Shown piece by piece: positions 53,871-64,000 of a DNA stretch of 64,000 nt. Made by a program: the position numbers and the translations under genes. Source of the stretch: a virus. The stretch's first letter is position 1. Every line of letters starts with the position of its first letter. Location: positions 61,547-125,546 of IMG/VR virus record IMGVR_UViG_3300028859_000011; one strand, 5' to 3'. A model generated the notes under the pieces. The model did not search any database and was not told the DNA's origin. It saw only the letters and a program-made list of their open reading frames with translations.

Positions 53871-54435
53871 ATGAAAAAAGAAGAAAAAATCAAATTAGAT
53901 GACGATGAATATAAAAATCATAAAGATGAACTTTTTGATATGTATTTTGTTAAAAATATAACAATTACTGAAATTAAAAATAAATTACAATTAACTAAAA
54001 CTAAAGTTTCAAATTTTATTTATAGATTGAAACATGAGTTTTCATCAATTTTCAAATATAATGAATATTATTTTATATGGAGTAAAGATGAAAATTATCC
54101 TACTACCTATTCAATTGGAATTAAAGGATATTCAAATAAATATGAGAATTTTACATATAGAGTATTAAATTTTAAAAAATAATATGAATGATAAAAAATT
54201 ATCATTAATCTATGATAAAAAACAAAAAGATTTTGTAGTTAAATATCCACGTAGTTGTGATGGAGCACTAGTAATGAATCATATTTGCGATGATATTCTT
54301 AAATATACCATAAATAAAAAATATCCTTATAATTTTGATGTTACAAATTTCAAAAAAGAATTGGAAAATAGAGGGTATGATTTAACAACTTTAAAATTTA
54401 GCATCGAATTAAAAAAAGATATTAAAAATTTATAA
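53871..54435 (+). CDS. Two hypothetical proteins (53871-54182, 54184-54435)
   Basis: Packed ORFs. Confidence 0.65.
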
Positions 54436-54495
54436 AAATTTTGGATTGTTTTTAAAATTATATTACCTTTGTAAATAAAAATAAACTAAATAAAT

Positions 54496-54711
54496 ATGGA
54501 TTGGTTACTGATGATTTTAAGCTTGTATTCTTACTATTTAATTTGCAATAAAAAGAAAATTGGTTTTATTATAGGTTTAATTGGAAGTATAATTGGTATA
54601 ATATTTTTTATAAATATAAGTACGTCTCTTATTATTATGTATATATCTTTTTCAATATTAAATATTATTGGATATAAAAATTGGAATAAATCTAAAAAAA
54701 TTGGAATATGA
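54496..54711 (+). CDS. Small PnuC-like membrane protein
   Basis: MDW...Y.LIC.KKK.GFIIG; three hydrophobic segments; promoter TTTG-N20-TACCTTTG at 54440-54471. Confidence 0.5.
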   Translation: MDWLLMILSLYSYYLICNKKKIGFIIGLIGSIIGIIFFINISTSLIIMYISFSILNIIGYKNWNKSKKIGI

Positions 54712-55447
54712 TAAAAGTTAAAGCAACTCAAGACGAAAACGGACATTGGTATGTTTTACCAAACGAAATAGTAGATGATTTTGAAAAAGATGGACAGAAT
54801 GAAGATTTTGTTGATTCTGGTAAATTTGATAATAAATATAATAAATATAGAACTGGAGGAGATTTAAATCTTATTCAGTTGTATGCTAATATATAAATAA
54901 ATGGCTAGTGAAACTGCAGTAATTGCAGATATAATCAGTGAAAAATGTGGCAAGTAGGAATAAAAGTAGTTAGTAATGACAAATATTCAAAAGATATGAT
55001 AGGAATTATTTGGAAAATTACAGATGAAGCTATTCACGTTAAATTTGGTACTAATGAAGAAGATAATATTACATTTCAAAAGTTTTTTTTCAATCCAAAA
55101 CATCACATGCAATCAAATATATTAGATTTAAACTTATATAATAATTAATTCATCAAAAAATGGAAGAATCAATCGCTTTATTAACAATAATTGATATTTT
55201 TTCTAAAGAAGGTTTTATAATTAATGATAATAATGTCGTATTTTGTAAAGAAGTACCATCAATTGATGTTATTTTAAAATGCAGTGACATCAAAAAAAAT
55301 GGATCAATTTTTTTAATTTATACTTGTCATGTCTCCAGTAAAAATACTATATCAAAAAGAGAAGGAGTTAATATTTTTGATAAGGATGATCTTAAAGCAT
55401 TAGCATTTAAATATTCAAAAAGAGCATTATATAATTATTTAAAATAA
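54708..55447 (+). CDS. Three small hypothetical ORFs (54708, 54945, 55160)
   Basis: Packed ORFs. Confidence 0.6.
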
Positions 55448-55453
55448 AAATTT

Positions 55454-56365
55454 ATGAACATTCAAAGTTTAAGCATAGTAGTTCCAACAAATAACAAGTG
55501 TGTAAATCATTGTAAATTTTGTGTAAGCAGAACTCACACAAATCCGTATATTGATAAAATAAGTTATGTAGTTAAAGAAGATGCTGAAGGTAGTGATACA
55601 ATTGAAAATTCTATTGAATATAAAGATTACTTCAATCGCTTACAATTTGCTAGAGATAATGGGTGTAATGTAGTTGTTCTTACTGGAACAGGTGAGCCAG
55701 TTCAAAATAAAAAATTTTTAGACTTTTTTTCTGAAATAAATTCTAAACTTCAGACCCCATTTAAAAGCATAGAAATTCAAACTACTGGCGTTCTATTAAC
55801 AGATGATTATCTTAAACATTTAAGAGAAATAGGGGTCACTACAATTTCTTTTTCAATTTCTAATATTTTTGATAATGATAAAAATTTAGAAATTATAGGT
55901 TGTAACGAGCAATTAAAATTTGATGTTTTTGATACTATTAAATTGGTTAAAAAATATGATTTCAATTTAAGATTATCATTAAATCTTGTAAATGATTATG
56001 ATAATTATTCGGTAGAACAAGTTCTATCAAAATGTAAAGAATTAGGAGCGGATCAAATTACATTTAGAAAATTATATAAATCAGAACTAAATAATGATAT
56101 TGATAAATGGATAGAAAATAACGCAAGTAAAATTTTCTATGATAGATTAATTTCATATATGAATGTATATGAAAATCGTAATGCAAATAAATTTTTAGGA
56201 ACTCTTCCTTTTGGCTCTAGAATTTATGACGTTTATGATATGTCTATCTGCATTGATAATGACTGCATGGCGTTAGATAAAAAGGATACATTTAAATATC
56301 TTATATTAAGAGAAAACGGAAAATTATATACAAATTGGATAAGTAAATCATCACTTGTTTTTTGA
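55454..56365 (+). CDS. Radical SAM protein
   Basis: CVNHCKFC (CxxxCxxC), LTGTGEP, IQTTG. Confidence 0.88.
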   Translation: MNIQSLSIVVPTNNKCVNHCKFCVSRTHTNPYIDKISYVVKEDAEGSDTIENSIEYKDYFNRLQFARDNGCNVVVLTGTGEPVQNKKFLDFFSEINSKLQTPFKSIEIQTTGVLLTDDYLKHLREIGVTTISFSISNIFDNDKNLEIIGCNEQLKFDVFDTIKLVKKYDFNLRLSLNLVNDYDNYSVEQVLSKCKELGADQITFRKLYKSELNNDIDKWIENNASKIFYDRLISYMNVYENRNANKFLGTLPFGSRIYDVYDMSICIDNDCMALDKKDTFKYLILRENGKLYTNWISKSSLVF

Positions 56366-56521
56366 TATAAAAAATTAAAATTATGAAAAATATAGAAATT
56401 ACAGAAATTACAAAACAAAATGAACTTGTGTTAAAAATTCACAATGAAATAGATACTGCTCAAGATAGATTATTAGAAAGAGCAAAAGATCAAAGATTAA
56501 ATATATCTAATATTAATTAAT

Positions 56522-56866
56522 ATGAATATTATAAGACATAGAATAGGAGATAAAGTTGTAGCACTAACAAATCCTCAAAATAATCTTTGCCAGCCTAGAG
56601 TAAAAGGAACTGTTTATACTGTTATTGATTGTACATATTGTAGTAAATGTGGAGTACAATCTATTAATATTGGAGAAAGAACTGAAATAGAAGAAGGAGA
56701 ATGTAATTGTGGTTATATATCAAAGAATAATGGTAAATTTTGGACAGATTCAAAATATTTTGCGAATGTTACTAATATAGAAGAATCATTATCAGAAGCA
56801 ATAAAAGAAGAAAATTACGAATTAGCATCATCATTAAGAGATTTAAAATATGAAAAAAGTATTTAA
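56522..56866 (+). CDS. IGDKV-CxxC-UVR-motif protein
   Basis: IGDKVV, CSKCG, CNCG, C-terminal EESLSEAIKEENYELASSLRD (UvrB/C UVR pattern). Confidence 0.7.
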   Translation: MNIIRHRIGDKVVALTNPQNNLCQPRVKGTVYTVIDCTYCSKCGVQSINIGERTEIEEGECNCGYISKNNGKFWTDSKYFANVTNIEESLSEAIKEENYELASSLRDLKYEKSI

Positions 56867-57066
56867 TATCGGAGATAAAGTAGTATCTTTATCAAACACA
56901 GCAAATAACAATAGTCAAATAAGAGTTGAAGGTAAAAAATATATCGTTAAAGATATAATGTTTTGTCCAAAATGCGGAATGCAGTGTTTATATAGATATT
57001 ATTTTTTGTTGAATTTAATTTAATAAAAATAGAAAAAAATGATATTTTTCTATTAATATATACATT

Positions 57067-57663
57067 ATGTTTTATAAATTACGAGATTACGCTAAAAAAT
57101 TTAATGTCTGTTACAGGACTGCCTGGAATAGATTTAATAAAGGATTAATAACTGGAGCATTTAAGGACGAAATGGGTAACATTTTAATTCCAGTTAAAGA
57201 AATGGATCATAATAAAAATATTAACGTGGCTTTATATGCTAGAGTATCAAACAATTCAGCAAAGGAAAATCTTAATAGACAAATAGAAAAAATAGAAGAT
57301 TTTTCCATAAAAAATGGATATATAATAAAATATAAAGTGACTGAAATTGCATCAGGTATGAACGATACTAGACATAAATTATGTAAATTATTGTCTAAAG
57401 ATGATTGGGATATACTTATAGTTGAAAATAAAGATAGATTAACCAGATTTGGCTTTAATTATATAGAATTATTATTAAACTTAAACGGTAAAGAAATTAT
57501 AGTAATAAATCAAACTAATAAAGATAAAGACACTAAACAAGATTTAATATCGGACCTTGTTAGTATAGTTTATTCCTTTACTGCCAGAATATACGGATTA
57601 AGAAAAGGACGAGATAAAGGAAAGCAATTAAAAAATATAATAACAGATAATGTACCTGACTGA
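57067..57663 (+). CDS. tnpA: IS607 serine-recombinase transposase
   Basis: N-terminal MerR-like HTH, ALYARVS, IVENKDRLTRFGF, DLVSIVYSFTARIYG. Confidence 0.93.
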   Translation: MFYKLRDYAKKFNVCYRTAWNRFNKGLITGAFKDEMGNILIPVKEMDHNKNINVALYARVSNNSAKENLNRQIEKIEDFSIKNGYIIKYKVTEIASGMNDTRHKLCKLLSKDDWDILIVENKDRLTRFGFNYIELLLNLNGKEIIVINQTNKDKDTKQDLISDLVSIVYSFTARIYGLRKGRDKGKQLKNIITDNVPD

Positions 57664-58840
57664 AATACATAATATAAAGAAAACAAATAAATTATATAAA
57701 GAAATAGATGATCTGTGTTTTTTGTCTAAAAACTTATATAACTCATGCCTTTATTCAGTTAGGCAATACTATTTTATCAATAAATTATACCTTAATTATA
57801 ATGCTGTAAATCGTATTTTTATTGATACTAATCAACCAGATTATATTAAATTACCAAGAAAGGTTTCTAATCATGTTTTACAACAAGTAGATAAGTCTTT
57901 TAAATCATTCTTTAAATTACTTAAGATTAAAGATAAATTAAATGGTAAGCCTAAAATACCTTATTATAAACATAAAACTAATGGCCGTAATATATTATCA
58001 TATGAATTAGGTGCTATTTCACACAAAGAATATCTGAATGGTTATATAAAACTATCAGGTACTAATATTATAATACCTTTTATAAATAAAGATAGAGGAA
58101 AATTAAAAGAAGCAAGGATAATTCCTTGTTTGAATTCATATAAGATAGAAATAATATATGAAGTCACTGAAAAAGAATTGATGATAAATGATAATAAAAT
58201 AGCTATTGATCTTGGAATTAATAATTTATGTGCAGTAACTAATAATATTAATGAAGAATATTTTATAATCAATGGTAAACCATTAAAATCAATAAATCAG
58301 TATTATAATAAAATGCTTGCAAAATATAAAAGTGATTTACCAAAGAATATTTATACATCTAATAAAATAAGGAAATTAACGAATAAGAGAAATGATAAGA
58401 TAAATTGTGAAATTCACAAGGTCACAAAATATCTTGTGAGCTGGTGTGAGGAGCACAACGTATCAAATATTATAATTGGATATAATAAAGAGTGGAAAAA
58501 TGAATGTAATATGGGTAAGAAAAACAATCAAAAGTTTATTCAAATACCATACCTTGATCTATTAAATACATTAAAGTATAAAGCAAGGTTAGTAGGAATA
58601 GATATAATATTGACGGAAGAATCTTTTACCAGTAAATGTTCGTTTTTTGATCATGAAGAGATGAAACATCATAATAATTATCTCGGAAAAAGAATTCATA
58701 GAGGACAGTTTAAAACAAACGAAGGATTTAAAATTAACGCAGATATGAATGGATCATTAAATATATTTAAAAAAGTAGTTCCCGAATTTATTGAAGGGAA
58801 TAGAGGGTTCGCAGTCAACCCAAGAAAAGTCACGTTATAG
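57650..58840 (+). CDS. tnpB: IS607 TnpB
   Basis: SKNLYN HTH, AIDLGINNL, EESFTSKCS, INADMNGSLNI. Confidence 0.93.
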   Translation: MYLTEIHNIKKTNKLYKEIDDLCFLSKNLYNSCLYSVRQYYFINKLYLNYNAVNRIFIDTNQPDYIKLPRKVSNHVLQQVDKSFKSFFKLLKIKDKLNGKPKIPYYKHKTNGRNILSYELGAISHKEYLNGYIKLSGTNIIIPFINKDRGKLKEARIIPCLNSYKIEIIYEVTEKELMINDNKIAIDLGINNLCAVTNNINEEYFIINGKPLKSINQYYNKMLAKYKSDLPKNIYTSNKIRKLTNKRNDKINCEIHKVTKYLVSWCEEHNVSNIIIGYNKEWKNECNMGKKNNQKFIQIPYLDLLNTLKYKARLVGIDIILTEESFTSKCSFFDHEEMKHHNNYLGKRIHRGQFKTNEGFKINADMNGSLNIFKKVVPEFIEGNRGFAVNPRKVTL

Positions 58841-59103
58841 ACTTCCTAAAGTTTTTGATAGAAACTTTCTATAATTTTCTATTTAAAAACAAACTGTATT
58901 AATATTGGAGAAGTAGCTAAATTTAAACAGGTTAGATGTGAATGTGGTGAATTCCAAGATAGTCGTAATAAAGCTTGGACCAATTCTATTAATTTTTCAG
59001 ATGTTGATCATATTGAAAAAGAACTGAATGAATCCGTTAAAGTAGAAGATTATGAAAATGTAGCATTTTTAATAGATATTATGATAAAAATGAATACATA
59101 ATT

Positions 59104-60460
59104 ATGATAATATTTCATATTTGTACTATTATTTCTGATATATGTGCTATTATAACAATTCTTTTATGTAATGCCGCTATATTAAATAAATTAACAGAGC
59201 CACATGAAAATGTAGAATGTTTATATAAATATTCATATAATGAAAATTATTTAGGTTGTAAATGGTTTTATATTTTTATTGTGCTTAATGTAATATGTTA
59301 TTTGTTTTATAAAAAAATTAAAAAAATAAGATTACTAGATTATTATAAATATAAAATTAATTTTTATGAAGATTTATTAATTGATAAAGATTTTTATGAT
59401 AAAAATGAAATAAATATTTTTAATAAATATATTAGTAAATATAAAAGATTATTAAAATTAGAACAATTAAAATAAATTAAATTATGAAAAAAGATAAATT
59501 GATACCATTTTTTAAAATAATTGGAACATTTCAATTAATATCATTATCAGCAATTGTCATGACATTTTTATTTAATGTTAATTATATTCAATCTAATTGT
59601 ATGTATTTTATTACGATTTCAGTAATAATTCAATTATCAATACTAATTATTTCAGCATTAGTTTGTATTATTGTATATTTTATGATGCAACTTTCAAATA
59701 ATAAATATGAGGAATTTAGAAAAAATATTCCTGAATATATTTATAAATCTGAAATATATTCAACTGAACCTATATCAGACAAATCAGAAAAAATAATCAT
59801 ATCAGATATAACTGATAACTGTTATATTAATGGATATGGAAATTATGATCCTAATAATCCTTAATTTATGTCAAACAATAGTCCAGATTTACCTGAATAT
59901 GTTTATATTCATAATGTTGAATATAATACAATAACAGAATCATTACCATTAAAAAGTGATGATTTAATTGTCATTTCAATTAATCCGTTAAATGATAAAG
60001 CATTGAAAGTTAAATTGTCAACTATTAAAAAAAACTGTTATATTAATGGATATGGATATTATGAACCGTAAAAAAATAAAAAATAAATATGGAATATTGT
60101 AATGTTGAGATTCAAATTGATTTATTTGATTATAAACGAAGTTTTTTAAAAAATATAAATACTGATGATCTTGAATATGAATTAAAAAGGCGTAAAGAAG
60201 AAGATATTTACATTAATGATAAAAAAATATTATATCATGATATTGATATTGATTTAAGTGATTTTGAAACAGATATATTAGATAAATTATATAATGATGA
60301 ATTATCAAATGAATTGAAAAATAGAGGATTTATTGTACTTGGAAAAAATGAATATCCGCCGACAAATTTAGCAACAAAAAATGATATTTGTAAAATATTA
60401 GGATTGAGAGAATGGTCAACTAAAGAACAGATTCTTAATGAACTAAATAACATATTATAA
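59104..60460 (+). CDS. Four hypothetical ORFs (59104 membrane, 59484 membrane, 59868, 60089)
   Basis: 59484 and 59868 share PEY.Y...NCYINGYG.Y.P; 59104 ends KRLLKLEQLK. Confidence 0.65.
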
Positions 60461-60461
60461 T

Positions 60462-61639
60462 ATGTTTAAACAAGGAGATAAAATAGTTAATAAATCAGGT
60501 AATTTCAAAATTTATACATTTAAATCATATTATCACCATAATATAGAAGCTAATGCATTTCTTGTTTATGAAGATAATAGATTCCATTTCTTTGATGATT
60601 ATTTTAATGATATTAAATATGAGTATATTTTATTATCTGAATATAGAAAGCAGAAACTTAAAAAATTAAATATATGCTCACAAATTTAGATATTAAAAAA
60701 ATTAAAATAGGTGATAATGTTATTTGTATTAATATAGCTATTACCAGTAATCTTTTGAAATTAAATAAATCATATGAAATTCAAGAAATTCTTCTTAACA
60801 CCAGTGGTAATTATTTATTTAAATTAGTTGAAATCGATAAGTATCCTTTCTTAATTGAAAGATTTATACTTGATTTAAAAACGATAAGAAAAAATAAATT
60901 ATCTAAAATCTTAGCTAATGATTGATATAGAAAATATTAAAATAGGTGATCTTGTTATTGTTATTGATAATAGTAATATTTTTTTGAAATTACATAAATC
61001 ATATGAAATTAAAGAAATTATACCTTTTTATGATATCGATGCTTATTTTCATTTTAATATTTTAAAAATGATGAACATATATTCAATTGATAGATTTATA
61101 TTTGATTTAAAAGCAATTAGAAAAAATAAATTATCTAAAATATTATATAATGCTTGATTCTAAAAATATTAAAATAGGTGATACCGTTATTTGTATTAAT
61201 AATACAAATAATGAAAATAAATTAACAATTAATAATAAATATACAATTAGTGAAATATTTGATATCAAATACTTAAATTATAATAGATATTTTGTAATAT
61301 TATTAGAAACTGGTAATATTAAATATTATTTATATAGATTTAAGTTAGATATTAAAACTATCAGAAAAAATAAATTATCTAAAATATTATCTAATGATTG
61401 ATGTTAAAAATTTAAAAAAAGGCGATTATGTAGTTGTTATTAATAACAATAACACTATATTAGAATTAGATAAAACTTATAAAGTTAAACAAATTTTATA
61501 TAGTATTAAATTTGATAAATATTATATAACTTTGATTGGACATAATGATTTAATATATAGATTTAGAAGATTTAAATTAGATATTAAAACAGAAAGAAAA
61601 CATAAAATAGAAAAAATTAAAAATTATGAAAGTATATAA
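60462..61639 (+). CDS. Tandem array of five KOW/SH3-like small paralogs (60462, 60674, 60918, 61150, 61394)
   Basis: K.GD.V.[CV]I.N...L.....Y.[IV]....RF..D.K..RK.K[LI].KI. Confidence 0.8.
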
Positions 61640-61829
61640 AATTTATGAAACAGCATATAGATATGGTGATGAACAAGGTCCTGATGAAACAATTTTTTCA
61701 TCACCAGAAGTTAGAGATGATTATTTTAAAGAATTATTTAAAATGTCTAAAGAAAATAAGGATTTAACTGAGAGAGAAGTGAATTAGTTTGGTTAAAATA
61801 TTTAAATGTTACAGATAAACTTATAGAGC

Positions 61830-63416
61830 GTGAATATGAGTTTAAGTTATTTGGAGAAGTTATTTCTATATCATATAGTTATAATAAAAATATATATTCA
61901 AAAATTAAATAATATGGCCGCATCAAAAGATAAAGTTAAAATTGAAGATGGAGTATATAATTCAAATTGGACTGCATATAATTTAACAATATTATCTAAT
62001 GAAGATAATTCTGAATTAGTAACGGTAAAAACAATTATGGGAGTAAAAGGTATTAATATTCTTGAAAAAGTTGAAGTTAAAAACGGATTAGTATATTTTT
62101 GTTTTAAATGAAAATTATGATAAATAAAAAAGTTTAATATAAATATTTAACTATTTATTTTCATTTATATGATAAATATTTACTATCTTCGTAAATATGA
62201 AAATATTATATTAATAATAACTCATTAAATATTTATAATTATGAAAACAAAAAAAACTAATTTTGTTTCCTCTCCTAATTTTATTTCTTCTATGAATTGC
62301 GGTCATCAAAATTCAGATGATGTATTTGATAATTATATAAAATCAAATAGTATTTGGATTAAATTCAAAAATAAAAATAAAATTCCAGCTAAATATATCA
62401 CAGATGAAAATAAAGATTTATTTATTTTCATGCTTAGTTCTGGAATGAACGCTGAACAAGTATTTTTAAGTAAAATTAAAGAATTAGAAAATATATGCAA
62501 AAAATAACAAGTTTATTGGATATCAATTATATTATAAATAATAGAGTTGATTTAAAGGATGATAAAGGTTATGTGATACCTTTTGTGAGATTTATGAGTT
62601 ACTCATTAATTCAAGTTGTGAGATTAATTAATACTGGAAATTACACTTATAATTTAAAATAAATATGACAAAAGAACGATTAATATCATTTGAAACTGCA
62701 AATTTAGCAAAACAAAATGAATGTAATATTAAATGTAAAAACTATTTTGAAGATCTTACAGATTGTATTTTCAGCGGAGAAAATAAAGAAGATTCTATAT
62801 TTGATTGTAAATTTGATCACCCTAATATATATGCAAGACCTACTCAATCAGAGCTTCAATTGTGGTTCAGAGAGCATGAACAAATATTTATAGAAATTAA
62901 TACTGATTGTACTACAGAGCCTAAATTTTGTTTTAGTATTGATAAATTTATTGGTAATCCTTTAGATTTATCTGAACGAGAATGGTCTTGGTATCATCAT
63001 AAAGATGTTATATTTTATTTATATCGTAGTTATGAAGATACTTTAGAAGAAGCATTAAAAGAATCATTTAAAATAATTAACATTTAACACTTAGAAAAAA
63101 TATGAAAACATTAAAAATTTATTGCGGAGTAACAATAGAAGATAAATGTAATATACAACGCCATCCACTAACTGAAGTACAAAACGCTACAAATCTTGTT
63201 CGTAATTTTAAAGATAATTCAGAAGAAATTGTGTATTCAAATTCACCAGATTTTGTTTCCATGATTAAATATTTATCACCTGAATATGAAATTGAAACTG
63301 AGTTCTTTCTTGACGGAATTTCTACTGGTGATGATATTGAAATGATTTTTGAAGATTTTAATAAAGCTTACGATTTAATGGATAAACTAATAGATAATGA
63401 CGAATATGAAAAATGA
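61830..63416 (+). CDS. Four hypothetical ORFs (61830/61913-62111, 62241, 62665, 63102)
   Basis: 62665 has ISFETA.LAK...RPTQSELQLWFRE.H.IFI. Confidence 0.6.
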
Positions 63417-63542
63417 ATTTGATTTAACAAAATTGCAAGAAGTAAGTAGTATTATAATGTTTATTTATTTATTAGTACTTACAAAAGAGACACATGATAA
63501 CAATAATAATGAATAATATTAATTTTTAATAATATTTAAATA

Positions 63543-63570
63543 AAAAAGAGCAAAAATATTTGCTCTTTTT
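63543..63570. terminator. Bidirectional terminator
   Basis: aaaaagagcaaa...tttgctcttttt. Confidence 0.8.
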
Positions 63571-63576
63571 ATTTAT

Positions 63577-64000
<424 letters not shown>

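Larger units (their letters stand above)
56988..58897 (+). mobile_element. IS607-family element
   Basis: tnpA plus tnpB; TGT occurs at both junctions (56985-56987, 58895-58897); imperfect inverted ends. Confidence 0.9.
56850..59101 (+). pseudogene. Paralog of 56522 split by IS607
   Basis: 5' part MKKVFNIGDKVV...CPKCGMQC (to 56987) and 3' part INIGEVAK...CECG...EDYENVAFLID (from 58898) rejoin in frame. Confidence 0.85.

Overview
This is a very AT-rich, gene-dense segment of a large (jumbo/huge-type) tailed phage. The host is inferred to be Bacteroidota, because at least 14 TAnnTTTG (-7) promoter boxes occur, many with TTTG about 20 nt upstream, and Shine-Dalgarno motifs are not evident. Recognisable genes include NAD-dependent DNA ligase, ClpP, a DNA adenine methyltransferase, an SPFH lipoprotein, a 5'-nucleotidase, two ankyrin proteins, a tail-fibre-like beta-helix protein with a GT25 glycosyltransferase, two MoxR AAA+ ATPases with a VWA/metallopeptidase, thioredoxin, FTR, Nudix, ATP-grasp, MazG-like, nucleotidyltransferase, YqeY, HD and radical SAM proteins. 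Also present are three homing-type endonucleases, a solo TnpB and an intact IS607 that interrupts a gene. Three observations stand out. (1) Five tRNAs, all Leu, sit directly behind an unannotated 30-aa Leu-rich leader peptide, a mutually exclusive antiterminator/terminator pair and a promoter. This is the layout of a ribosome-stalling attenuator, here controlling tRNA genes. (2) There are two systems of shared peptide tags on unrelated proteins. One is a T4 capsid-targeting-like N-terminus plus a C-terminal KFN[L/I/M] on genes behind a TTTATATATA motif. The other is a C-terminal RKxKLxx[L/I] on about 30 small genes, mostly in host-promoter operons. (3) Tandem paralog arrays have conserved ends, variable cores and frequent frameshifts. 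All calls come from reading the sequence by eye; no database search was run.
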